24,000 nt of DNA, taken from assembly GCF_024345225.1 (NCBI RefSeq), contig NZ_BROD01000001.1, positions 1,598,362 to 1,622,361 of the forward strand, written 5' to 3'. Numbering within the stretch: position 1 is the stretch's first letter; each line of letters opens with the position of its first letter. Source of the DNA: Inconstantimicrobium mannanitabidum (GTDB lineage Bacteria > Bacillota > Clostridia > Clostridiales > Clostridiaceae). The position numbers and the translations under genes were made by a program. The notes under the pieces are model-generated. The model had not been told where the DNA came from. It ran no database searches and saw only the letters and a list, made by a program, of their open reading frames with translations. Positions 1 to 8,987 of this stretch are shown one piece after another.

Positions 1-896
1 CTTCCAAAAGCACATAAAAAGCTTAGTATACATAACTTATATTTAATATTCATGCTGAATAATGATATAAGGTTACAACCGTTTGTAAGGTCTAGCATTC
101 CTATAGTAACACCATAAATATTATGAATTGCAGGAATTGGATTTTGTAATTTTAATAAAATATAATTTGTAATAACGTTATTTTTTATGATATTAATTAA
201 TATTGAAAATATTATTACATAACCTCCAACCATTAGCACTCCATTAATTCCATCCATTATGGATTCTTTTAATATTAATCCAATATTCTTGGATTCTTCG
301 ATATTTTTAGGTGAGTTAACACTACAGGAATTTTTCTTTTTTGTAAGAAGTCCTATGATAAAAGCGGATAAAAAATTGCATCCTAATATTATGAATCCCC
401 AAAGTTTATTTCCTAACATACTAAGTCCAACAGCACCTATAGTGAATATAGGTCCAGAATTTGTTGCGATATTTATAAGTCTTTGAAACTCATCTTTGTT
501 AATATACCCCTTTTCATAAAGCTCAGAACTATATTTTGCACCAATGGGGTATCCACAAAATATACTAGCAACCAAAGCAAAGCTAGAGCTTTGAGAAAGA
601 CCCAGAGGTTTGCAAAGAATTGGACCAACTATTTTTGAATATATGTTTATACCATCATAGGCAATTAGAATATTGCAAATAACCATAAAAGGAAAAATTG
701 TTGGGAATATTGCTGTAATGAAAAGTTTTGCTCCAGCTAAAGAATATTGAATACATACTTCAGGTTTCACTACAAAGTATAGAAAGACTAATGATAGTAA
801 AATAGTAGCCAACAAATTTCTTGATAAATTGAGTTGTTTTAATAAGAAGATAATTAAAATAATTATACATAGTGATAAAAAAATAATACTATACAT
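1..896 (-). CDS. ylbJ: YlbJ-like sporulation integral membrane protein (nucleoside-recognition/Gate-domain type); N-terminal ~298 codons only, C-terminus lies beyond the left edge
   Basis: Absent from the ORF track because it runs off the window. My own minus-strand translation from ATG (complement of 894-896) stays open to position 1: MYSIIFLSLCIIILIIFLLKQLNLSRNLLATILLSLVFLYFVVKPEVCIQYSLAGAKLFITAIFPTIFPFMVICNILIAYDGINIYSKIVGPILCKPLGLSQSSSFALVASIFCGYPIGAKYSSELYEKGYINKDEFQRLINIATNSGPIFTIGAVG... It is polytopic and hydrophobic. GGAGG SD (complement of 903-907) with a 6-nt spacer. An 896-nt open frame is very unlikely by chance in AT-rich DNA. It lies just downstream of ylbM/tmcAL on the same strand. 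The family name comes from remembered YlbJ features, not from a search. Confidence 0.72.
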   Translation of the reverse strand, partial: MYSIIFLSLCIIILIIFLLKQLNLSRNLLATILLSLVFLYFVVKPEVCIQYSLAGAKLFITAIFPTIFPFMVICNILIAYDGINIYSKIVGPILCKPLGLSQSSSFALVASIFCGYPIGAKYSSELYEKGYINKDEFQRLINIATNSGPIFTIGAVGLSMLGNKLWGFIILGCNFLSAFIIGLLTKKKNSCSVNSPKNIEESKNIGLILKESIMDGINGVLMVGGYVIIFSILINIIKNNVITNYILLKLQNPIPAIHNIYGVTIGMLDLTNGCNLISLFSMNIKYKLCILSFLCAFG

Positions 897-955
897 GTGA
901 TACCTCCAATCCCATACATAGTATTTATATTAGATTAATTATAAAATTATTAGTA

Positions 956-2155
956 TTATTTAATTATTGGGCTAGTTAAATAATCTGCATTATAGTTTAT
1001 GTGTTTATTTAGTAGTGAGTAACAATTAGTTGAAGCTATATCTAATTTAAGCATGGGGTCATTTATTTCACGTGGCAGTTTAGTTATAATTTCTATATCT
1101 CCTCTAAGCTTTATCTCTTTCAGGATTTCTCTTCCTCTTCTATTTAGTCCTAGTACCCTTAGATATTTGGGCGCCGTTTTTCTGAGTTGATGAATAGGAT
1201 AGTTTTCAAAGCCTAAAAAAATATGACATAGAATCCGTGATATTCTTGTAAGAGTGTATCTTTTGCTCTTTGTTCTAAACAATAAATCTTCATAACTATT
1301 ACAATTTATTAATTCTTTAAGTATTTTATTATCTAATCCTTCAGAAACATCTGGTATAGCTGATAATAAATCTGGAGTTGTAATTAGTTTATATTTAATA
1401 AAATTAAACATATGGTCTTCAATAGGAAAAGTATATTTATTATCTGTTAATTTTTCCAATATAGCAAAAGAACTTTCTGGCATTAACCTTTTGCACTCAT
1501 CTAAATTGTTATTTTGAATTAATTCACGTACAGCAGTAGCACTAGCAAGCTTGGTAAATGCAACTGTGTCATTATAGTTTGAACCAACCCGTTTTATTGA
1601 TACAGGTGTTATGCTGCTTTTCAATTTTAATATGCTTTTACAATATTCGATTCCTAAAATGTTATTGGGAGAATTAATTAAATTGCTTAAGGTTTCATCA
1701 TTCATAATATTACCTATTACTATTTCTCTTGCCTTAGGAAAGGATATTCCTTTCTTCATTTCATTTTTTACTTGAAGATTAAAATTTTCTATGTTATTTA
1801 ATAAAATTGTTGCAATAGATTTTAAAATCTCTGAATCTCCAATTTCGCTTCCAAAACAAAGACTATTTACTACATTAGTAGAGTTAAGTATACTTACAGC
1901 CCCGAAACTAAAAAATTCTGCAGATGAGGTAGCAAAAATAGTAGGTAGTTCTATAACTAAATCAACTCCGTTTTCCAAAGCCATTTTTGTGCGATTCCAC
2001 TTATCTAATATGGCTGGCAATCCACGTTGCGTAAAGTTACCACTCATTACACAAATAATGCCATCACAGTTTGTGAGTTTTTTGCTTTCATCTATATGAA
2101 ATTTATGTCCATTATGAAATGGATTATATTCTGTAATTATTCCTGTTATATTCAT
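956..2155 (-). CDS. tmcAL: tRNA(Met) cytidine acetate ligase TmcAL (YlbM/UPF0348 nucleotidyltransferase)
   Basis: 399-aa track ORF. The N-terminus MNITGIITEYNPFHNGHKFHI carries the YNPFHNGH nucleotidyltransferase motif of the YlbM/TmcAL family. AAGGAG SD (complement of 2161-2166) with a 5-nt spacer. Confidence 0.85.
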   Translation of the reverse strand: MNITGIITEYNPFHNGHKFHIDESKKLTNCDGIICVMSGNFTQRGLPAILDKWNRTKMALENGVDLVIELPTIFATSSAEFFSFGAVSILNSTNVVNSLCFGSEIGDSEILKSIATILLNNIENFNLQVKNEMKKGISFPKAREIVIGNIMNDETLSNLINSPNNILGIEYCKSILKLKSSITPVSIKRVGSNYNDTVAFTKLASATAVRELIQNNNLDECKRLMPESSFAILEKLTDNKYTFPIEDHMFNFIKYKLITTPDLLSAIPDVSEGLDNKILKELINCNSYEDLLFRTKSKRYTLTRISRILCHIFLGFENYPIHQLRKTAPKYLRVLGLNRRGREILKEIKLRGDIEIITKLPREINDPMLKLDIASTNCYSLLNKHINYNADYLTSPIIK

Positions 2156-2221
2156 GTGTTCTCCTTTAGAATAAAATTAGCTTATATAAATTTAAAGCCT
2201 ATAATTAATTTGAATATTATG

Positions 2222-2251
2222 ATTATAACATTTTTTTTATAAAAATTTCAT
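2222..2251 (-). promoter_or_regulatory. Putative sigma-A promoter for tmcAL-ylbJ (extended -10)
   Basis: Minus strand reads ATGAAA (2251-2246), an 18-nt spacer containing TGt (2230-2228), then TATAAT (2227-2222). The -35 is weak but the extended -10 is good. It lies about 65 nt upstream of the tmcAL ATG. Confidence 0.3.
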
Positions 2252-2415
2252 GTAATTATAATCAATATATTATTTTACAACTGAATTAAAGAAAAAAATA
2301 TATAATTATAGTACTTTTTGTAATTAATATATACGAAATTTGTACTGATGAATAAAAATTCAGATTATTATAAAAAAAGTGAAAATAAGAACAATAGTTT
2401 TTTTGGGTATAAGCC

Positions 2416-2445
2416 TTGAAATTAATCACTTTAAAGGAGTATAGT
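2416..2445 (+). promoter_or_regulatory. Putative sigma-A promoter for pta-ackA
   Basis: TTGAAA (2416-2421), 18 nt, TATAGT (2440-2445), with a second TATAAT at 2445-2450. About 45 nt upstream of the pta ATG. Confidence 0.4.
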
Positions 2446-2493
2446 ATAATAGTAAATGCATATTTGATATGTACTGGAAGGAGAATTTGAAAT

Positions 2494-3504
2494 ATGAGAT
2501 TAATGGAAAAGATATATGAAATGGCAAAGGCCAATAAGCAAAGAATAGTATTGCCAGAAGGTGAAGAGGAGAGAACTATTGTTGCAGCTCAAAAAATATA
2601 TGAGCAAGGTCTTGCAACTGTTATTTTAATAGGAAATAAGGAAAGAATAGCTGCAAAAGCCAGAGAACTTGATGCAGATTTAACAGGAATTGAAATCATT
2701 GATCCTGAAACTTCAGAAAACCTTCAAAAATATACAACAGCTTTCTATGAACTTAGAAAGAATAAGGGTATGACTAAAGAAAAGGCTGAAATAATTGTAA
2801 AAGATCCACTTTATTTTGGAACGATGATGGTTAAATTAGACGATGCAGAGGGTATGGTTTCAGGTGCAATACATACAACAGGAGATTTATTAAGACCAGG
2901 TCTTCAAATAATAAAGACTGCGCCAGGAGTTTCAGTAGTATCTAGTTTCTTTATAATGATGGTTCCAGGTTCTACTTACGGAGAAGAAGGAATGCTTTTA
3001 TTCTCAGATTGTGCTGTTAATCCAAATCCTACAGCAGAGCAATTAGCGTCTATAGCTATTGCTACAGCAGATACTGCTAAACTATTGTGCAAGATAGATC
3101 CTAAAGTTGCTATGCTTTCATTCTCAACAATGGGAAGTGCAGAAAGTGAACTTGTTACTAAAGTTAGAACAGGTACTGAATTAGCAAAACAAATGAGACC
3201 TGATTTAGCTATAGATGGAGAATTACAATTAGATGCAGCTATTGTTAAGAAGGTTGCAGATTTAAAAGCACCTGATAGCAATGTTGCAGGTAAGGCTAAT
3301 GTACTTATATTCCCAGATCTTCAATCAGGAAATATAGGCTATAAATTAGTTCAAAGATTTGCAAAGGCAGAAGCAATTGGACCTATATGTCAAGGTTTTG
3401 CGAAACCAATCAATGACTTATCAAGAGGATGCAGTGAAGAAGATATAGTTAATGTAGTAGCTTTAACTTCAGTTCAAGCTATAATCAAAAAAGAAAATGC
3501 ATAG
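2494..3504 (+). CDS. pta: Phosphate acetyltransferase (short PTA_PTB-only form)
   Basis: 336-aa ORF. Contains typical Pta blocks: RIVLPEGEEERT, GMVSGAIHTTGDLLRP, and SRGCS near the C-terminus. GGAAGGAG SD at 2476-2483. Immediately followed by ackA. Confidence 0.95.
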   Translation: MRLMEKIYEMAKANKQRIVLPEGEEERTIVAAQKIYEQGLATVILIGNKERIAAKARELDADLTGIEIIDPETSENLQKYTTAFYELRKNKGMTKEKAEIIVKDPLYFGTMMVKLDDAEGMVSGAIHTTGDLLRPGLQIIKTAPGVSVVSSFFIMMVPGSTYGEEGMLLFSDCAVNPNPTAEQLASIAIATADTAKLLCKIDPKVAMLSFSTMGSAESELVTKVRTGTELAKQMRPDLAIDGELQLDAAIVKKVADLKAPDSNVAGKANVLIFPDLQSGNIGYKLVQRFAKAEAIGPICQGFAKPINDLSRGCSEEDIVNVVALTSVQAIIKKENA

Positions 3505-3516
3505 GGGGTAGAGTAT

Positions 3517-4716
3517 ATGAATATATTAGTTGTAAATTGTGGTAGTTCATCTTTAAAATATCAATTAATTAACATGCTTACTGAAAAACCGTTAGCAGTA
3601 GGTTTAGTAGAAAGAATAGGAATACAAGGCTCTATTTTAACTCAAAAGGTAGAAGGTAGAGATAAATATATAATAGAAACTCCAATGAAGGATCACAATG
3701 ATGCTATAAAATTAGTTTTAGATGCATTGGTTGATAATGTTCATGGTGTTATTAAGTCTATGGACGAAATTAATGCTGTAGGACATAGAGTTGTTCATGG
3801 AGGAGAAAAATATTCATCATCTGTAGTAGTGGATGATGAAGTTATGAAGTATTTAGATGAGTGCATAAAGCTAGCACCTCTTCACAATCCACCAAACATT
3901 ATTGGTATTGAAGCATGTAAGAAAATGATGAAGGATACACCTATGGTTGCAGTATTCGATACAGCTTTCCATCAAACTATGCCTGAAGAAGCATATTTAT
4001 ATGGACTTCCATATGAATTATATGAAAAGCATCATATAAGAAGATATGGATTCCACGGTACATCACATAAATATGTTTCACAAATTGCAGCAGAGTGTAT
4101 GCATAAAGATATAAAGGATTTAAATATAATCACTTGTCACTTAGGAAATGGTGGAAGTGTTACAGCAATTAAGAACGGAAAGTCTATAGATACTTCAATG
4201 GGCTTTACTCCATTACAAGGTATTGTTATGGGAACAAGATCAGGAGATATTGATCCAGCAATTGTAACTTATTTAGTTGACGAGCTTGGTTATTCAACTA
4301 AGGAAGTAAATGATTTACTTAATAAAAAATCAGGAATTCTTGGATTAAGTGGAACTAGCAGTGATTTTAGAGATGTTAGAGCAGCTGCTTCTGAAGGAGA
4401 TCATAGAGCTCAGCTTGCATTAAATGTATATTATTATTCAATCAGAAAATATATAGGTGCATATTTTGTAGCTATGGGTGGTGCTGATTGTCTAGTATTT
4501 ACTGCAGGAATTGGAGAAAATGCCTATGAAACTAGAGAAGGTATCTGCGAAGGTCTTGAGTGTTTAGGAATAGAAATTGATCTTGAAAAAGATAAGGTAA
4601 GAGGAGAACTTGCAGAAGTTAGCAAGGATTCTTCTAAGGTTAAGATATTTGCAATACCAACAAACGAAGAGTTGATGATTGCAAAAGAAACTATGGAAAT
4701 AATAAATAACAAATAA
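3517..4716 (+). CDS. ackA: Acetate kinase
   Basis: 399-aa ORF with hallmark motifs [29 protein letters not shown] and FTAGIGEN. The GGGGG SD overlaps the pta stop. Confidence 0.97.
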   Translation: MNILVVNCGSSSLKYQLINMLTEKPLAVGLVERIGIQGSILTQKVEGRDKYIIETPMKDHNDAIKLVLDALVDNVHGVIKSMDEINAVGHRVVHGGEKYSSSVVVDDEVMKYLDECIKLAPLHNPPNIIGIEACKKMMKDTPMVAVFDTAFHQTMPEEAYLYGLPYELYEKHHIRRYGFHGTSHKYVSQIAAECMHKDIKDLNIITCHLGNGGSVTAIKNGKSIDTSMGFTPLQGIVMGTRSGDIDPAIVTYLVDELGYSTKEVNDLLNKKSGILGLSGTSSDFRDVRAAASEGDHRAQLALNVYYYSIRKYIGAYFVAMGGADCLVFTAGIGENAYETREGICEGLECLGIEIDLEKDKVRGELAEVSKDSSKVKIFAIPTNEELMIAKETMEIINNK

Positions 4717-4723
4717 AATTTCC

Positions 4724-4752
4724 TTGACTTTTAAAATGCGACTTTATATAAT
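4724..4752 (+). promoter_or_regulatory. Near-consensus sigma-A promoter for yceD-rpmF
   Basis: TTGACT (4724-4729), exactly 17 nt, TATAAT (4747-4752). Confidence 0.6.
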
Positions 4753-4825
4753 TAATTGTGTTGCAACTAAATAATGTTATTCAAGGAGTGTGAACTAATC
4801 AAGCCTAGCCTTGAATTAGATATTT

Positions 4826-5341
4826 ATGATATTAGATTTTGCAGAAATTAGATCTAAAATGGAAATGAATAAATCTTTAGATTTTTCAATTGATGTACCA
4901 GGAAAAACTGAGTTTGATGGAGAACATATTGAGTTCTTATGTCCAATAACAGTACAAGGTAAATTATCACTTTTAGATGAAATAATTTTATTAGATGTTA
5001 ACCTTACTTCAGAGTTAAAGTTAACATGTTCAAGATGCCTTGAAACTTTCAAGTATCCTATTAATTTAGAGATGCATGAAAAGTTTACAAATAATATAAG
5101 TAAAGAAGATGAAGAGAAAGATTTGATTCTTCTTGAAGGTGATAGATTAGATATCACTGAAATGGTAATTGATTATATATTATCAACATTACCGATAAAG
5201 AAACTTTGTAATGAAAATTGTAAGGGACTTTGTCAACACTGTGGAATAAATCTAAATAAATCTGTTTGTAACTGTGACAATGAAGATGTTGACATCAGAT
5301 TTGCAGCACTTAAAGATTTGTTTGGAAATAAGGAGGTGTAA
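4826..5341 (+). CDS. yceD: DUF177 / YceD-family protein (large-subunit rRNA accumulation protein), upstream partner of rpmF
   Basis: 171-aa ORF. Acidic protein with C-terminal Cys motifs (CNENCKGLCQHCGINLNKSVCNC) typical of DUF177. It has the conserved position directly upstream of rpmF. An in-frame TAG at 4817-4819 rules out a longer N-terminus. No SD precedes ATG 4826. Confidence 0.85.
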   Translation: MILDFAEIRSKMEMNKSLDFSIDVPGKTEFDGEHIEFLCPITVQGKLSLLDEIILLDVNLTSELKLTCSRCLETFKYPINLEMHEKFTNNISKEDEEKDLILLEGDRLDITEMVIDYILSTLPIKKLCNENCKGLCQHCGINLNKSVCNCDNEDVDIRFAALKDLFGNKEV

Positions 5342-5343
5342 CG

Positions 5344-5526
5344 ATGGGAAATCCAGCTAGAAAGAAATATAGAGCTAGTAGAGATTCAAGAAGAGCACAA
5401 ACTTTTAAAGCTAGCTTACCAGGTATTGTTGAATGTCCACAATGCCATGAATTAAAGCTTGCACATAGAGTATGTAAGAACTGTGGATACTACAACGGTA
5501 AGGAAGTAGTTGCTTCAGCAGAATAA
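5344..5526 (+). CDS. rpmF: 50S ribosomal protein L32
   Basis: 60-aa ORF with the zinc-ribbon CPQCHELKLAHRVCKNCGYY. The AGGAGGTG SD lies inside the 3' end of yceD. Confidence 0.95.
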   Translation: MGNPARKKYRASRDSRRAQTFKASLPGIVECPQCHELKLAHRVCKNCGYYNGKEVVASAE

Positions 5527-5556
5527 AGAAAGTCTTAAGACTTTCTTTTCTTTTAT
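5525..5556 (+). terminator. Intrinsic terminator after rpmF
   Basis: Perfect palindrome: AAAGAAAGTC (5525-5534), loop TTAA, GACTTTCTTT (5539-5548), running into TCTTTTAT. Confidence 0.75.
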
Positions 5557-5580
5557 ATTCAAAAAAAGGAGCTGTAATTT

Positions 5581-6579
5581 ATGAAGATAGTACTTGATGG
5601 AATGGGTGGAGATAACGCACCACAAGCGGTTATATCTGGTGCAGTGGAAGCTTTAAAGGAATTTAAAGATATAATTCTATATATAACTGGAGCTGAAGAT
5701 AAAATCACAGAAGAATTGTCGAAATATGATTATGACAAGGATAGGATTAAGGTAATAAATACAACTGAAGTTATAGGAACTAATGAGCATCCTGTTATGG
5801 CGTTAAGAAGAAAAAAAGATTCTTCATTAGCTGTTGCACTTAATTTGGTAAAAAACAAAGAGTGTGATGCTATCATATCCGCTGGAAGTACAGGTGCTTT
5901 TTTAGCAGGCTGCACCCTTATTGTAGGGAGAATAAAAGGCATAGATAGACCAGCGCTAGGTCCTATAATGCCAGGTAAGAATGGACCTTTTATGGTAATT
6001 GATTCTGGTGCCAATGTAGACTGTAAACCTGAGTATTTAGTTCAATTTGGGAAGATGGGAAAAGTTTATTGTGAAACTATATTAAAGCAACCAAATCCAA
6101 AGGTTGGACTAATTAATATTGGAGCAGAAGAAGAAAAAGGTGATGAATTAACAAAGGCAGCATATAAGCTTTTAAAGGAATCAGAACCCAATTTTTCAGG
6201 GAATGTAGAACCGAGAGATGTAACTTTAGGTGATGTGCCAGTGCTTGTTTGTGATGGATTTGTAGGCAATACAGTACTTAAGATGTATGAAGGGGTAGCT
6301 TCAACTTTATTCAGTGTTATAGGCAATGAAATAAAATCAACTAAGCGTGGTCTTTTGGGAGGTTTGCTTCTTAAACCATCTTTTGGAAACATAAAGAAGA
6401 AGTTTAATTATAAAGAATATGGTGGAGCACCATTTTTAGGCGTAGATGGAATTTGTGTTAAGGCTCATGGTAGCTCTGATGCAAAGGCTTTTAAAAGTGC
6501 TATAAGACAAACATACATCATTAAACAAAATGACACGATAGAGAAGATAAAAAAAGAAATAGAAGAATTTCAAGGATAA
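5581..6579 (+). CDS. plsX: Phosphate acyltransferase PlsX
   Basis: 332-aa ORF. N-terminal [14 protein letters not shown] plus SAGSTGA and KAHGSSDA blocks. AAGGAG SD at 5566-5571. Confidence 0.95.
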   Translation: MKIVLDGMGGDNAPQAVISGAVEALKEFKDIILYITGAEDKITEELSKYDYDKDRIKVINTTEVIGTNEHPVMALRRKKDSSLAVALNLVKNKECDAIISAGSTGAFLAGCTLIVGRIKGIDRPALGPIMPGKNGPFMVIDSGANVDCKPEYLVQFGKMGKVYCETILKQPNPKVGLINIGAEEEKGDELTKAAYKLLKESEPNFSGNVEPRDVTLGDVPVLVCDGFVGNTVLKMYEGVASTLFSVIGNEIKSTKRGLLGGLLLKPSFGNIKKKFNYKEYGGAPFLGVDGICVKAHGSSDAKAFKSAIRQTYIIKQNDTIEKIKKEIEEFQG

Positions 6580-6616
6580 TTTATTAAATTTTTTTTATTT
6601 AATATGCCAACTAATA

Positions 6617-6645
6617 TTGACTAGTTTATTTATATATACTATTAT
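6617..6645 (+). promoter_or_regulatory. Putative sigma-A promoter for acpP
   Basis: TTGACT (6617-6622), 17 nt, TATTAT (6640-6645). Confidence 0.55.
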
Positions 6646-6677
6646 CTAAGTAAGCTGACTATAGGAGGTGAATTGAA

Positions 6678-6908
6678 ATGTTTGAACAAGTTAAAGCAAT
6701 TATAGCTGAAAAGTTAAGCGTAAGTGAAGATGATATAACAATGCAGACTTCATTCATAGATGATTTAGGAGCAGATTCATTAGACATCGTTGAACTTATC
6801 ATGGCTTTAGAAGATGAATTAGATATGGAAATTGCAGATGAAGATGCAGAAAACTTTGTAACTGTTGGAGATGTTGTTAATTACATTAAAGGACACAAAG
6901 GCGAATAA
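6678..6908 (+). CDS. acpP: Acyl carrier protein
   Basis: 76-aa acidic ORF with the phosphopantetheine-attachment motif [27 protein letters not shown] at 6663-6671. Confidence 0.95.
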   Translation: MFEQVKAIIAEKLSVSEDDITMQTSFIDDLGADSLDIVELIMALEDELDMEIADEDAENFVTVGDVVNYIKGHKGE

Positions 6909-6912
6909 AAAT

Positions 6913-6939
6913 ATCCCGCTTAGGGCGGGATTTTATTTT
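6913..6939 (+). terminator. Intrinsic terminator after acpP
   Basis: ATCCCGC (6913-6919), loop TTAGG, GCGGGAT (6925-6931), followed by TTTTATTTT. Confidence 0.8.
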
Positions 6940-7004
6940 AGTTAGATTTATTCTTGAGTTTATTGAAAAGTAAGCTGAAGAATAAACCTTGAGGAGTTGA
7001 GGTT

Positions 7005-7703
7005 TTGAATAAAGTAGAAATAAAAAAGGTAGAAGAAAGACTTGGGTTTGAGTTTAATAACAAAGATATTTTAGAAGCTGCGTTAACTCATAGTTCCTTT
7101 GCAAAACAATATGTTGGTGTAGAATATAATGAAAGATTAGAATTCTTAGGTGATGCTGTACTTCAATTATGTGTAACCAAATTTTTGTATAGTGAACATA
7201 CTGATAAGAGTGAAGGGGAGCTTACAAGAAAAAGAGCTTTAATTGTATGTGAAAACTCTCTTTTGGAAGTATCAAAAGTATTAGGTCTTGGTTCGTTTAT
7301 AAGACTTAGTAAAGGCGAAGAAATGACTGGTGGAAGAGAAAGAACTTCAATTCAAGCGGATTGTGTTGAAGCTTTAATAGCTGCAATATATTTAGATCAA
7401 GGAATGGAAGTTGCAGATAAATTTATTTTAAATAATTTTAAAAGTATAATAACAAGAACTTTAAATAACGAAATTGTTCTTGATTTTAAAACTAGACTGC
7501 AAGAAGTTCTTCAGGAAAAAGGTGAAGTTAGCATAGAATATGAGTTAGTTAAGTTTGAAGGGCCTCCACATAGAAGAAAGTTTTATACAGAAGTTAAAGT
7601 TAACAATGAAAGTATGGGAGAAGGAGAAGGATATAGCAAAAAAGGTGCGGAGCAAAATGCTGCTAAACTTGCGCTAATCCACTTAGGGAAATATCATGAG
7701 TAG
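7005..7703 (+). CDS. rnc: Ribonuclease III
   Basis: 232-aa ORF with a TTG start and GAGGAG SD (6991-6996, 8-nt spacer). RNase III signature ERLEFLGDAVL and a C-terminal dsRBD (...GEGYSKKGAEQNAAKLAL). Confidence 0.93.
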   Translation: MNKVEIKKVEERLGFEFNNKDILEAALTHSSFAKQYVGVEYNERLEFLGDAVLQLCVTKFLYSEHTDKSEGELTRKRALIVCENSLLEVSKVLGLGSFIRLSKGEEMTGGRERTSIQADCVEALIAAIYLDQGMEVADKFILNNFKSIITRTLNNEIVLDFKTRLQEVLQEKGEVSIEYELVKFEGPPHRRKFYTEVKVNNESMGEGEGYSKKGAEQNAAKLALIHLGKYHE

Positions 7704-8736
7704 AAATTATTATATAATTCCTATATTTGTTCCTCATGAGGGATGCCCTCATGATTGTGTGTTTTGTAATCAAAACAAAATTACTGCTAGCGAATCAGAT
7801 AAAGTTGATGCAAGTTTTGTAAGAAATACAGTTGAAGAATATAAGAAGACTATAAATAAAGATTCAGCTACTGTAGAAATATCATTTTTTGGTGGAACAT
7901 TTACCGCTATTCCACTTAGTAAGCAAAGAGAATTATTAGAAGTAGCTAAAGAATATAAAACAAATGGATATATTGATAAAATTAGATTATCCACAAGACC
8001 AGATTATATAGATGATGAAATTTTATCTCATTTAAAATTTTATGGTGTAGACATTATAGAATTAGGAGTTCAATCTCTTGACGATGAAGTACTTAGAAGG
8101 TCAGGTAGAGGGCACAGTGTAGAAGATGTAATACGAGCATCAAGATTAATAAGAGAATATGGTTTTACATTAGGGCATCAAATTATGTTGGGCTTACCGG
8201 GGGATACATTTGAAAAAGACATAGAGACAACTAAGATGTCTATTGAAATGAAACCTAACATATGTAGAATATATCCTTCTTTAGTTATTAAGGATACTCC
8301 TATGGAAAAGATGTTTTTAAGAGGAGATTATAAACCATATTCCTTAGATGAAGCTATAGAAATATCTAAAGTTCTCTATACTATGTATAAAGATGCAAGA
8401 GTAAATATAATTAGAATAGGTCTTCAACCTACAGATAATATAAATGTTAATGGAGATGTGGTAGCAGGTCCTTTCCACCCTTCATTTAGAGAGTTAGTAG
8501 AATCTTCAATATTAAATGATAAGATTTATGAGGCTGTTTCAAAATTTGATGGAGATGTTGAAATTACATTAAGTAATAGAACAATTTCTAAATTATATTC
8601 AAACAAAAAGAAATATTTTAATGAGTTAAAAGATAAAGTATTTCCTAAAAAGATTACTATAGAGCTTGATAATAATATTTTATTTAATAATGTTATGTTA
8701 AAGGTTGATGAAGAGTATAATTTTTTATCAATTTAA
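7696..8736 (+). CDS. Radical SAM protein, Elp3-like core without an acetyltransferase domain (function unknown)
   Basis: 346-aa ORF with the CxxxCxxC cluster CPHDCVFC at residues 17-24 of MSRNYYIIPIFVPHEGCPHDCVFCNQ. Its ATG overlaps the rnc stop by 8 nt (ATGAGTAG). Confidence 0.85.
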   Translation: MSRNYYIIPIFVPHEGCPHDCVFCNQNKITASESDKVDASFVRNTVEEYKKTINKDSATVEISFFGGTFTAIPLSKQRELLEVAKEYKTNGYIDKIRLSTRPDYIDDEILSHLKFYGVDIIELGVQSLDDEVLRRSGRGHSVEDVIRASRLIREYGFTLGHQIMLGLPGDTFEKDIETTKMSIEMKPNICRIYPSLVIKDTPMEKMFLRGDYKPYSLDEAIEISKVLYTMYKDARVNIIRIGLQPTDNINVNGDVVAGPFHPSFRELVESSILNDKIYEAVSKFDGDVEITLSNRTISKLYSNKKKYFNELKDKVFPKKITIELDNNILFNNVMLKVDEEYNFLSI

Positions 8737-8773
8737 CTATTAGTTCATAGGTAAAAAGGCATTGTTTAATCTT

Positions 8774-8817
8774 GGCGTGGTTTTGGTAAATAACCAATAC
8801 TGCGCCTTTTAATTTTT
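8774..8817 (+). terminator. Intrinsic terminator after the radical-SAM gene
   Basis: GGCGTGGTTTTGGT (8774-8787), loop AAATA, ACCAATACTGCGCC (8793-8806). This is a 14-position stem with two G-U pairs and one mismatch, followed by TTTTAATTTTT. Confidence 0.75.
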
Positions 8818-8833
8818 ATGTACACTTAGATTG

Positions 8834-8860
8834 TTGATATTTTTTTTATCATGATATAAA
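8834..8860 (+). promoter_or_regulatory. Putative extended -10 promoter for sORF-smc-ftsY
   Basis: TTGATA (8834-8839), a short 15-nt spacer, TGaTATAAA (8852-8860). Confidence 0.35.
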
Positions 8861-8885
8861 CTAATGTATGATAGGAGTGATAGTT

Positions 8886-8987
8886 ATGAAACGTAAAAAT
8901 AAGGATATATTTATAAAGGTTGTAATTGTTTTGATTTCACTAATGTTTTTATTCACATTGGTGCCAGCTATTTTATTTACAAGGTAG
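8886..8987 (+). CDS. Candidate small membrane protein (33 aa), unannotated sORF upstream of smc
   Basis: ATG 8886 to TAG 8985-8987 encodes MKRKNKDIFIKVVIVLISLMFLFTLVPAILFTR. This is a basic N-terminus followed by one hydrophobic helix. AGGAGTGA SD (8873-8880) with a 5-nt spacer. The stop codon overlaps the GGGAG SD of smc. Confidence 0.45.
   Translation: MKRKNKDIFIKVVIVLISLMFLFTLVPAILFTR

Noticed and set aside
2380-2393. cre-like (CcpA) element TGAAAATAAGAACA upstream of the pta promoter
   Set aside because: It matches only the outer TGAAA...ACA of TGWAANCGNTNWCA and lacks the central CG. That is not distinguishable from chance in AT-rich DNA.
2027-2534. Track ORFs 2027-2242 (+, 71 aa) and 2286-2534 (-, 82 aa) in the tmcAL-pta divergent spacer
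   Set aside because: They are extremely AT-rich, and the Ile/Phe/Tyr/Asn-dominated translations are what random AT-rich DNA produces. They have no SD, and they overlap the ends of tmcAL and pta and their promoter regions.
5717-5723. A Spo0A-box heptamer TGTCGAA inside plsX, and a sigma-E-like CATACA at 913-918 between tmcAL and ylbJ
   Set aside because: The 0A box is a lone intragenic 7-mer. The CATACA motif is on the plus strand, the wrong orientation to drive the minus-strand ylbJ.
6648-6978. The 11-mer AAGTAAGCTGA occurs twice (6648-6658 and 6968-6978), each time 20-27 nt upstream of a start codon (acpP, rnc)
   Set aside because: It is a single short exact match with no extended flanking similarity. 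Matches of this length are expected by chance within 24 kb of compositionally biased sequence.
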